Below, piece by piece: positions 44,679-52,868 of a stretch of 64,000 bases of DNA. Under the pieces are notes generated by a model, which saw only the letters and a program-made list of their open reading frames with translations, did not search any database and was not told the DNA's origin. The stretch spans positions 5,795 through 69,794 of the forward strand of contig CAMXWF010000014.1 of the NCBI GenBank assembly GCA_947252645.1, given 5' to 3'. This stretch comes from an uncultured Bacteroidia bacterium. Its GTDB lineage: Bacteria; Bacteroidota; Bacteroidia; Bacteroidales; CAJPTX01. The position numbers and the translations under genes were made by a program. The stretch's first letter is position 1. The number at the start of each line of letters is the position of its first letter.

Positions 44679-44977
44679 CGTATGGCCGCCTCCAGGAGGT
44701 CCAACTACGTTGTTCTCCAGGTACTCTTTGGCTTGAGGCCTAGAGGCTTACGGGTTACACTCCTATCGGTGTACAGCCCAGTTCTTGAAGTCTTTGCCGT
44801 GCGCGGGTTTGCAATAGAAGTTTAGCCCTACTGCGCTGTGTTTTCCATCCTAGTGGGCAAATTCCCCACCATCGCGGTCAGCTAGAGTAGGGCGGTGAGT
44901 GCCCTGACGGAGGCCAGTTAACACCATGTTAGGGAATCACGGGAGTGGCCCTAGTGGAAGCCTCTACATATAGCCAC

Positions 44978-46081
44978 CTACCCTACGTGCGGCACAAACT
45001 CCTCGATGAGCTGCTTGAGCTTTGGATTGCTGATGCTGTAGCCGCGGTAGTCGTGGCGGTAGTGGTAGTTGATTCGGAGTCTCTCGAAGTCCTGCGGGGC
45101 GGCGATGAGGGCCTGGGAGTCGTAGTTGAGGTCGTAGCCCAGGGCCATATCGCTAAGCTCGTAGCCGGCTATGTGCGGGCGAGAGCTGGGGTCTTCTTGC
45201 GCAGGAGGCAGGGCGATATGGGGTAGGTGGAAGTACTCGGTGATGGTGTTGAGGGCGAGTTGAGTGCCGCTGCGCTTGCCCTCGATGCTATAGCCGGCAA
45301 TGTGTGGGGTGGCGAATAGGCTATTTTCCAGCAGGTCAGAGCTCACGTCGGGCTCGTTTTCGTATACGTCGAGCGCATAGCCGGCGATATCCTTGTAGTG
45401 CAGGGCGCGCCGTAGGGCGGCATCATCTACTATGCCGCCCCGGGCGGCGTGGAGGATGTAGGGCCTATTGTGCCCCAATTTGCGGATGAAGCTGTGGTCT
45501 AGTAGGTGCTCGGTGGGGTGGGGTCCGCACTTGGTGAGCGGTGCGTGAATGGTGATGATTTGGCACTCGCGGGCAATTGTGTCGAGGTCGACCAGGTTGA
45601 GTTCAGGGTGGAGCGCCGCGAGGGGAGGGTCGTTGGCTAGCCAGCGGATGCCGAAGAGCTGGAGCAAGGCTGCGAGTCGTTGGCCTATTTGCCCATAGCC
45701 GATGATGCCAACGGTGGCGGCCAAGAGGGGTAGTTTGCCGAACCGTTGGATGTGGTAGAGTACGCCCCATACCCACTGGACCACGGCCCAGGCGCTGCAT
45801 CCGGGCGCGTTGCCCACGTGGATGTTGGCATTTTGGCAATAGGGCAGGTCGATGTGGTCGAGGCCCACGGTGGCCGAGGCGATGCACTCCACAGGGGTGT
45901 GGTCTAGGAGTTGTGCGTTGCAGCGTGTGCGCGTTCTGGTCAAGAGCGCATCGGCCTGTAGGCACACTTCGTGGGTAATCTGCGTGGCGGGCAGGTAGGT
46001 TACTTGCGCGTAGGGCTCTAGTAGGCCTTGGAGGTAGGGGATGGCCTGGTCGGCCACGATGCGAGGTTTTGCGGAGTCCAT
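44978..46081 (-). CDS. pdxB: 4-phosphoerythronate dehydrogenase
   Basis: 367-aa D-2-hydroxyacid dehydrogenase fold ('VGIIGYGQIGQRLA', 'ASATVGLDHIDL', 'PHIAGYSIEGK') with the PdxB-specific C-terminal dimerisation domain. Confidence 0.85.
   Translation of the reverse strand: MDSAKPRIVADQAIPYLQGLLEPYAQVTYLPATQITHEVCLQADALLTRTRTRCNAQLLDHTPVECIASATVGLDHIDLPYCQNANIHVGNAPGCSAWAVVQWVWGVLYHIQRFGKLPLLAATVGIIGYGQIGQRLAALLQLFGIRWLANDPPLAALHPELNLVDLDTIARECQIITIHAPLTKCGPHPTEHLLDHSFIRKLGHNRPYILHAARGGIVDDAALRRALHYKDIAGYALDVYENEPDVSSDLLENSLFATPHIAGYSIEGKRSGTQLALNTITEYFHLPHIALPPAQEDPSSRPHIAGYELSDMALGYDLNYDSQALIAAPQDFERLRINYHYRHDYRGYSISNPKLKQLIEEFVPHVG
45032..45449. repeat. 418-bp direct repeat, copy 2 (inside intact pdxB)
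   Basis: See 41419-41836. Confidence 0.9.
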
Positions 46082-46090
46082 CGTTTCCCC

Positions 46091-46912
46091 TTATTCCTTT
46101 TCAGCGTTTAGTCCTTGCGCAGGGTGGCTGGTTTCCCTTGGCGCGCGGTGGCGTTGCCGTTCCACTTCGTAGAGGATGATGCCGGCGGCCACGGAGACGT
46201 TGAGCGACTCGATGGCCCCGTGGATGGGTATACGCAGTTGCTCATCGACAATGGCCAGCGTGGCGGGCGAGACCCCTCGCCCCTCGTCGCCCATGATGAG
46301 GCACAGGGGACCTTTTAGGTCAGTTTGCGAGAATACGTGTCCACCTTTTTCCGTGGCGGCTACTAGCCGAATGCCGGAGTCCTGGAGGAAGCGCAGGGTA
46401 GCGGTGAGTTCCCCGGTGCGGGCTATGGGCAGGTGCTCCAGTGCGCCGGCGCTGGTGCGCACGGTGTCGGCGCTAATTTGGGCTGAGCCGTGCGAAGGCA
46501 CGAGTAGGCAGTGGGCACCTACGCACTCGGCTGTGCGCGCAATGGCCCCTAGGTTGTGTACGTCGGTGATGCCGTCGGCGGCTACAATCAGCGGATCTGT
46601 GCCTTGCTCGTAGAGCATGGGGACGAGCTGGTCGATTCGGGTGTAGCTGATGGGAGAGCGGTAGGCCACCAGGCCCTGGTGGTTGCGCGTCCCCAGGCGG
46701 GCGAACCAGGCTGCGGGTACCGTCTGTACGGGGATGCCCCGCTGCCGGGCGGTTTTCTGTATTGTTGTCACCCCCTCCCCCGCTAGTCCGCTGCGCATGA
46801 TGATGCGCTCGAGCTCTTGCCCGGCGTTGAGGGCTTCCTCGATGGGGTGTAGGCCGTAGAGCATGTCGCGCTGCGCCCTAGAGCGTCGCTGCCAATTATT
46901 GTGATCACCCAT
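46091..46912 (-). CDS. rlmB: SpoU/TrmH-family RNA 2'-O-methyltransferase, RlmB-like
   Basis: 'LYGLHPIEEAL' substrate-binding N-domain and SPOUT motifs 'LIMGDEGRGV' and 'ESLNVSVAAGI'. Confidence 0.78.
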   Translation of the reverse strand: MGDHNNWQRRSRAQRDMLYGLHPIEEALNAGQELERIIMRSGLAGEGVTTIQKTARQRGIPVQTVPAAWFARLGTRNHQGLVAYRSPISYTRIDQLVPMLYEQGTDPLIVAADGITDVHNLGAIARTAECVGAHCLLVPSHGSAQISADTVRTSAGALEHLPIARTGELTATLRFLQDSGIRLVAATEKGGHVFSQTDLKGPLCLIMGDEGRGVSPATLAIVDEQLRIPIHGAIESLNVSVAAGIILYEVERQRHRAPRETSHPAQGLNAEKE

Positions 46913-48878
46913 TGGATTCCCCTCCGCCCCGTTCGAGGATGTCGAGTTCGTATTGCGTTTCTTCCCACCGCTTCATGAGCCGAGCGAGTTCCTTGCGCGT
47001 GTTTTGGTAGTCGGTATAGATGGTGCTGCTATCGGTGTGTTGGTCTGGTGTGGCCATCTGGAGTTCCAGGTCTTTTTGTTTTTTTTCGGTGAGTTCAATC
47101 TTGGATTCTATTTCGGCCACCTCGCGCTGTTTTCGCTGGAGCTGGTTGTCGAGGGCTTTTTTGCGTTTCCAGTCGGCCTTGCTGCTGGCCGGGGTAGTTT
47201 TTGGGTCGTTTGGTTTGCTTGTGGAGGGCTTTTGGTTGGATTCACGCCCTTCGAGCTGCTGTAGATTTTCGAGACGTCGTGTTTGGAGGAAGGCGTCGAT
47301 GCCTCCGAGGTGTTCCTTGACCTTTCCGTGGGCGAACTCGTAGACTTTGGAGACGAGGCCGTTGAGGAAGTCGCGGTCGTGTGAGACGAGGATTAGGGCG
47401 CCGTTGTAGCGCATGAGAGCCTGCTTGAGGATGTCTTTGGCCTGGATGTCGAGGTGGTTGGTGGGTTCGTCGAGCAGGAGAAGGTTGTAGGGGTGGAGCA
47501 TTAGCTTGACCATGGCGAGCCGGTTGCGTTCGCCCCCAGAGAGGACGCGGACCTTTTTGTCTATTTCCTCGCCTCGGAAGAGGAAGGCGCCCAGCAGGTC
47601 GCGTATTTTGCGCCGCATATCGCCGGTGGCCACCTTGTCGATGGTTTCGAACACGGTGAGTTCTGGGTCGAGTACTGTTTCTTGGTTCTGCGCGAAGTAC
47701 CCGAGTTCCACGTTGTGCCCTAGGTGCAGCTTGCCCTCTGTGGGGTGCAGTTCGCCGGTGATGATGCGGGCGAGGGTTGTTTTGCCCTCGCCGTTGCGCC
47801 CCACGAAGGCCACCTTTTCCCCGCGGGCAATGGCGATGTTGGCGTGGGCGAAGATGCGGTGTGGACCGAAAGCGTGGCCGAGGTCTTCAGTGCTAACGAC
47901 CACGTCGCCAGCCCTTGGTGCGTCGGGGAAGCGGATGGAGAGCTGGGCATGGTCCTCGGCCTCGACCTCGATGAGGTCGAGTTTTTTGAGCTGCTTGATG
48001 CGCGACTGCACCTGGTTGGATTTTTCCGGTTTGTAGCGGAAGCGCTCGATGAAGGCCTCGGTTTTTTCGATCATGCGCTGCTGGTTTTTCCAGGCAGCCA
48101 CTTGCTGTGCGTGCTGTTCTTTTTTTATCTCGACGTACTGGCTGTATGGAGCGTTGAAGTCGTGCATTTTGCCCAGCGAGAGTTCGAGGGTGCGCGTGGT
48201 GCAGTTGTCGAGGAAGCGTCGGTCGTGGGAGATGAGGACGAGGGCGCCTTGGTAGGACTGGATGTAGTTTTCCAGCCATTGGATGGATTCGATGTCGAGG
48301 TGGTTGGTGGGTTCGTCGAGCAGGAGCAGGTCGGGGTTTCGGAGGAGTATTTTGGCTAGCTCGATGCGCATGCGCCATCCGCCGCTTAGGGTAGCGGTGG
48401 GCATGGAGAACTGCTCGCGCTCGAACCCTAGCCCCGTCAGGGCCCTTTCGGCCTTGGCCTGGCGTTGTTCGCCCCCGAGCATGTGGTATCGTTCGGTGAG
48501 GTCGGCGAGTTCGTGCGCAGCGCGTTCGAGGGCTTGCTCGTTGAGGTTTCCGGGGTTGGCCAGCTGCGCGGTGAGTTGGTTGATTTTGGTTTCCATGGTA
48601 GCCAGCTCGCTGAAGGCCGTTTCGGCCTCCTCGAGGACGCTCTGGGTGTCGGCCCGAGTCAAGTGCTGCGCTAGGTGACCTATGCGGAAATTGGCATCGT
48701 GTGTCACGCAGCCGGTCGTAGGTTCGAGCGAGCCGTCGATAACGCACAGCAGGGTGGATTTTCCGCTTCCGTTGCGCCCAACTAGGCCGACCCGTTCCCG
48801 GTCGCCTAGTCGAAAGGAAACCCCAGAGAACAGGGCCTCCCCTTGGAAGGCCACTTCAACGTTGTCGAGCGAGAGCAT
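46905..48878 (-). CDS. ABC-F family ATPase (two ABC domains plus C-terminal coiled-coil)
   Basis: Two Walker A motifs ('GRNGSGKST', 'GRNGEGKTT'), two LSGG signatures, no TM domains, and a Lys/Glu-rich tail. Confidence 0.85.
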   Translation of the reverse strand: MLSLDNVEVAFQGEALFSGVSFRLGDRERVGLVGRNGSGKSTLLCVIDGSLEPTTGCVTHDANFRIGHLAQHLTRADTQSVLEEAETAFSELATMETKINQLTAQLANPGNLNEQALERAAHELADLTERYHMLGGEQRQAKAERALTGLGFEREQFSMPTATLSGGWRMRIELAKILLRNPDLLLLDEPTNHLDIESIQWLENYIQSYQGALVLISHDRRFLDNCTTRTLELSLGKMHDFNAPYSQYVEIKKEQHAQQVAAWKNQQRMIEKTEAFIERFRYKPEKSNQVQSRIKQLKKLDLIEVEAEDHAQLSIRFPDAPRAGDVVVSTEDLGHAFGPHRIFAHANIAIARGEKVAFVGRNGEGKTTLARIITGELHPTEGKLHLGHNVELGYFAQNQETVLDPELTVFETIDKVATGDMRRKIRDLLGAFLFRGEEIDKKVRVLSGGERNRLAMVKLMLHPYNLLLLDEPTNHLDIQAKDILKQALMRYNGALILVSHDRDFLNGLVSKVYEFAHGKVKEHLGGIDAFLQTRRLENLQQLEGRESNQKPSTSKPNDPKTTPASSKADWKRKKALDNQLQRKQREVAEIESKIELTEKKQKDLELQMATPDQHTDSSTIYTDYQNTRKELARLMKRWEETQYELDILERGGGESNG

Positions 48879-48890
48879 GGTGCGCGGGGT

Positions 48891-49373
48891 CTACTGCTGT
48901 TGTACGTTGGGGTTGCTATGGCGCAGCTCGTTGAAGCTGATGCGATGCCACTTGGCAGTGCGCCCGAATAGCGGGATGCCGATATAGCCCCGTAGTTCGA
49001 TTACATCTGGGGTGCCCGGCACGTACTTGATGCGGGCCTTGTAAGTGGAGCCGCTATAGGGGTCGTAGACGTGTCCATATTTCCAGATGCCGTCTTCGAA
49101 GCGGAAATCGCTAAGCAGCCGCATGTTGAGCGGGGTTCGGTTGCGCTTGGTGGGGTCGGGGTTGTGGATGTCCTTTATACCTTTTTTTTTCTCGTCCACT
49201 AGATACCAGCGTACATAGCCCTCGTAGGTGCTGTCGTCGGCACGTACAATCTCAATCTGCCCATCGTTCTCGGCTGTTTCCCATAGCCCTACGATGGCAT
49301 CGCCTGTCACCTGCCCGCGGGAGAGCAGGGGGCAGCACAGCAGTAGAAAACACAGTAATCGGATTGCCTTCAT
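48891..49373 (-). CDS. DUF2147 domain secreted protein
   Basis: Signal peptide followed by 'IVGLWETAENDGQIEIVR...YEGYVRW', typical of DUF2147. Confidence 0.7.
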   Translation of the reverse strand: MKAIRLLCFLLLCCPLLSRGQVTGDAIVGLWETAENDGQIEIVRADDSTYEGYVRWYLVDEKKKGIKDIHNPDPTKRNRTPLNMRLLSDFRFEDGIWKYGHVYDPYSGSTYKARIKYVPGTPDVIELRGYIGIPLFGRTAKWHRISFNELRHSNPNVQQQ

Positions 49374-50059
49374 CGCAACGCTCCCATTGGTTGGACATGC
49401 AGTGGTTTAGATGCTTCCCCTAAGACTTCGTGCTAGGCTGCGGGGAGGCAGGCCACGGCATTCGGCGCAAAGGTACGAATTTGATGCGTCGCCCTGTGCG
49501 CCATGCTCCTCCCAGGCTAGAGGGGCTCGGGCATGTAGTGCTGTAAAAATGCTGAATGCAAACAGGTTGATGTCTCCTCATGGTCGGTAGGGTAGGCGGG
49601 GCACGGAGAGGGCCGAGCTGGTGCTGGTGTGCGTGCAATGTTCTTGCGCAATGTCAGCAGTTGTGGTGCGATTGGCTATGCCTTTGCTCATGGTGGCCTG
49701 GATGTTCTTGGCGGTGGTGTAAAAGCTTTCCTATGGCCGACGTGCTGGGGTGGACCGCAGTAGGGTACCTGTTCCGATTTGGCCTGATGGGGTGTGTTGA
49801 GATTGAAGCTGGTAGTAGAGCTGCTACTTTGGCGCAAAACCGCCGTGCTATGTAGTGAGGGGGGTGATAGACTTGATGCTGGGAGGAAGTTGGGGAAGTC
49901 ACTTGCCCTTGGCCTTGGAAATGTATTTTTGTGTACCTTCGCGCATGGCTCTTGGGGCGGCGGCGGAGCAGCTGGCGGGAGGTAGTGGCGGCATGGCGAG
50001 GGGCTGTGGACATGCAGGGCGCGCGGTAAGGGTGCAAACGGAATAGACTGTCCGAGATA

Positions 50060-51364
50060 ATGGATTTATCGATAATAGCCCGGCTGGTGCGGACGAGAGT
50101 AAGGCTCATCCTGCCAGATTTTGGGGCTTTTCTAGTGCAGCGCCTCGAGGATGGCTTCTCGGTGGACAACGTGACGTTCAGTGCGTTTTTGCGCTACGAT
50201 GATGGGTCGTTTGTCAATGCGCTTGTGGAGGAGCTGGGTGTCAGTCGACTGGCAGCGCAGCAGCAGGCCGAGATGATTGTCCAGGAGCTCAAGCGGGCTC
50301 TGGAGACCCAGTCGGTGTGCGTGTTGCCCCATCTTGGGGTGCTGCGTAAGATGCCGGGGGGGCTGGTGGTGCTAGAGCCCGACGCCAATGCGTCAGCGGG
50401 GATGGCCTTGGATGGTGAGGCTGGACATTCCACGGCGGCTGTGCCCGTGGACGTTTCGGTGGAGCCGGTGACGGCCGCCACAGAGGCTACGGCTTCCACG
50501 GACTCTCCCGCTGCCCCCAAGGGTGCGCCGTCTGCAGTCGGGGGGGCACCGTCGACACGCCCGACCCCCGTAGCTGGTGGGGCCGCAGTGCCTCCAGCTG
50601 CGACTTCGCCAAAGGGGGAGCAGTCAGCAAAATCTGCCCGTCCCGCTAGGCCAGTGCGCCCAGCGCCACCCAGGTATGTGCAGCGCCGACCAGTGAAGCC
50701 GTCGAAGGTCAAGGCACCAAAGGATAAGTCTTTGAGTTCGGCTGGAGGAGTGAAGCGCAAGGGGATAGGGGGCATTGCGGTGCTGGTAGTGCTGCTCTTG
50801 GTGGTTCTGTTTGTTGGCGTCGATGCGTTGTGGCTAGGTTTGGTCACGCCTAGATTTCTGAAGGGTGCGCCATACCTAGCGGAGCAGCCCCGGAAGAGTA
50901 CCCCGTCAGGCAGCGGTTTGCAAGGCACTGCGTCCGTGGAGGCATTGGGTAGAGATTCGGTGCAGAGTTTGTCAGATACAGGTCTTAGCACCGAGGCCAG
51001 CACTGCGCTCCAGGCGGAGTATCAGAAGCGGGTAGAAGCCGCCAAGCAGGAGGCCCAGCCGATGACTCGGCCCGAAGGGCCTTCGGGGTCTGCCAGCCCC
51101 GCCCAGGCTGAGGTGCAGTCTGCGCCAGCTAGCCAGGCTGCGCAGTCGGGTGCGTACAAGATCATAGTGGGCAGCTTCAGTGTGCCGCAAAACGCAACGG
51201 GCTTTGCCGCCCAGGTACGGCAGCGAGGCTATGAGGGGGCCGTAGTGGAGAACAGTCAGGGGATGCGCATGGTAACGTTGGGGTCCTATTCTACCCGAGC
51301 AGCGGCGCAGGAGGCGTTGGTAGTACTGCGCGAAGAGTACCCAGACGCATGGATATATCGTTGA
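50060..51364 (+). CDS. SPOR domain protein with an HU-like N-terminal domain and a Pro/Ala-rich linker
   Basis: C-terminal 'YKIIVGSFSVPQNATGFAAQVRQRGYEGAVV...RMVTLGSYSTRAAAQEAL' is a SPOR domain. There is one TM segment mid-protein. Confidence 0.75.
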   Translation: MDLSIIARLVRTRVRLILPDFGAFLVQRLEDGFSVDNVTFSAFLRYDDGSFVNALVEELGVSRLAAQQQAEMIVQELKRALETQSVCVLPHLGVLRKMPGGLVVLEPDANASAGMALDGEAGHSTAAVPVDVSVEPVTAATEATASTDSPAAPKGAPSAVGGAPSTRPTPVAGGAAVPPAATSPKGEQSAKSARPARPVRPAPPRYVQRRPVKPSKVKAPKDKSLSSAGGVKRKGIGGIAVLVVLLLVVLFVGVDALWLGLVTPRFLKGAPYLAEQPRKSTPSGSGLQGTASVEALGRDSVQSLSDTGLSTEASTALQAEYQKRVEAAKQEAQPMTRPEGPSGSASPAQAEVQSAPASQAAQSGAYKIIVGSFSVPQNATGFAAQVRQRGYEGAVVENSQGMRMVTLGSYSTRAAAQEALVVLREEYPDAWIYR

Positions 51365-52089
51365 GCCCAGTAGAAACGCTACGAGGGACCTATCCGCGTT
51401 TTCGTCCAGAGATACGCTGCTGCGCGCTGTCTGGTGTGCGGAGCATTTCATTTGCGCGCTACAAGGTTTCGCCCCCGCGGATCACCTATCCGAAGTTGTT
51501 GGACCGTGAGTACGTAGAGCGCGTGCTGGTGGGGATGTTGCCCTACGTGAGCTATCTGCGCTCCATCCAGGGTCCTATTGCGCACCCCATACTTGAGGGT
51601 TACCGGATGTGTGGGTATAGTTTTTCCCTTGAGACGACGCGGGATAGCGTGCCCACGGCGCTTATGCTTGAGAACCGCGTGGTGCTGCGTGTGCCCCGTG
51701 GGGTTGCGCCCGATGCCTATGAGGTGCAGCGTACGGCGTGGTATGCGTTGAAGCAGGTGGTGGGTCTGGAGGCCAAGCGCTACTTGCCGCGGCTGGTGCG
51801 TGAGCTGGCCCTACGCCATGGGTTGGGCTATCGCTCTATCACGGTGAAGGATATGTATAGTCGGTGGGGTAGCTGCTCGTCTGATAAGCGCCTCAATTTT
51901 TCTATCTACCTGATGCTCTGGCCCGAGGAGTACATCGTGGGGGTGATACTGCATGAGCTAGCGCACCTATCGGTGATGGATCATAGCCCGCGCTTTTGGC
52001 ATCTATTCTCGCACTACTTGGGTCAAGATGCGCGGGCGTTTACCGCCCGCATGAAGGCCTATGAGCTGGATATTCCGCAGATATTTTAG
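51349..52089 (+). CDS. YgjP/DUF45-type (M48-like) metal-dependent hydrolase
   Basis: 'ILHELAHLSVMDHSPRFWHLF' HExxH motif in the typical YgjP context. Confidence 0.7.
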   Translation: MDISLSPVETLRGTYPRFRPEIRCCALSGVRSISFARYKVSPPRITYPKLLDREYVERVLVGMLPYVSYLRSIQGPIAHPILEGYRMCGYSFSLETTRDSVPTALMLENRVVLRVPRGVAPDAYEVQRTAWYALKQVVGLEAKRYLPRLVRELALRHGLGYRSITVKDMYSRWGSCSSDKRLNFSIYLMLWPEEYIVGVILHELAHLSVMDHSPRFWHLFSHYLGQDARAFTARMKAYELDIPQIF

Positions 52090-52179
52090 CGCAGTGGGTA
52101 GCGTAGGTGGAGAGCAGGAGGCCCAGCCGAGTGCAGTTTGGCGTTTAGAGGTGAGGGGACGGGAAACGGTGGTGTGTAG

Positions 52180-52815
52180 ATGGGGCTACTTTTCCTCCGG
52201 TCGCTATTGACGGGGCTCTTGGCGTCCATACCGCTGGGGCCGATAGGGCTTATATGCGTGCAGCGCACGGTGGCTCGTGGTCGCTGGAGTGGGTTTGCGA
52301 GCGGCTGGGGAGCGGCTGTGGCAGACACGATTTTTGCGGCCGTTGCGCTGCTTGGTCTTTCCTATATCATCGATTTCATTGACCAGCACCGAGCTCTGCT
52401 CCAGGTGGTGGGGGGCGTGGTGATTGCTATCTTGGGCTACGCGATCTATCATCGTAATCCGCTGCGGCACCTTCGCCATCCAGGGGAGGGGCAGCGTTTC
52501 TTGCAGCATGCCTTCTATGTCATGCTGCTCACGCTCACCAATCCGTTGGCCATATTTCTTTTTCTGGCGCTATTTGCAGCCTTTGATGTGGTGCCTGAGC
52601 CTGGTCACCCCGTGCAATACGTAGTGGCGTTGGCCGGGGTGCATATTGGTGCAAGCTCATGGTGGTACATGTTGACCTATGGAGTGGGGCGGGTCCGTCA
52701 CCGTTTTCGTGTGCGGCAGCTCTATTGGTTCAGCAAGATTTCGGGGCTGGTCATCCTGGTTTCTGGGCTAGTGGCGGCCGTTGCGGGCGCGGTGGATCTT
52801 ATCTGGCGGGCCTAA
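52180..52815 (+). CDS. LysE/RhtB-family amino-acid exporter
   Basis: 211 aa, ~6 TM, N-terminus 'LLTGLLASIPLGPIGLICVQRT' typical of LysE translocators. Confidence 0.75.
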   Translation: MGLLFLRSLLTGLLASIPLGPIGLICVQRTVARGRWSGFASGWGAAVADTIFAAVALLGLSYIIDFIDQHRALLQVVGGVVIAILGYAIYHRNPLRHLRHPGEGQRFLQHAFYVMLLTLTNPLAIFLFLALFAAFDVVPEPGHPVQYVVALAGVHIGASSWWYMLTYGVGRVRHRFRVRQLYWFSKISGLVILVSGLVAAVAGAVDLIWRA

Positions 52816-52868
52816 GGCTAGGCGTAGTTTTTTTCGCCAGGCTGGGGACCGAGGAGTGGGCCTTTTGT

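Larger units (their letters stand above)
41837..44977. other. Accessory segment A, between pdxB-3' copy 2 and intact pdxB
   Basis: Bounded by the 418-bp direct repeats. Contains truncated A2, B2 and the MCP gene. Confidence 0.45.

Noticed and set aside
47724-48747. Alternate-frame and antisense ORFs (211 aa plus strand, 284 aa minus strand) inside the ABC-F gene
   Set aside because: They are low-complexity (the 284-aa ORF is Arg/Pro/His-rich), overlap a strongly supported gene, and carry no motifs.
49182-49190. T9 (A9 on the coding strand) run inside the DUF2147 gene, and T8 runs inside the ABC-F (47087-47094) and cbiA (9206-9213) genes, considered as phase-variation tracts
   Set aside because: They encode Lys/Phe runs in intact reading frames of ordinary genes, with no evidence of switching. 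They are noted only as slippage-prone.
50194-51003. 269-aa minus-strand ORF antisense to the SPOR gene linker
   Set aside because: It is the antisense reading of the SPOR protein's Pro/Ala-rich linker region. Its own translation is Thr/Ser/Pro/Ala-rich and low-complexity, with no independent signal.
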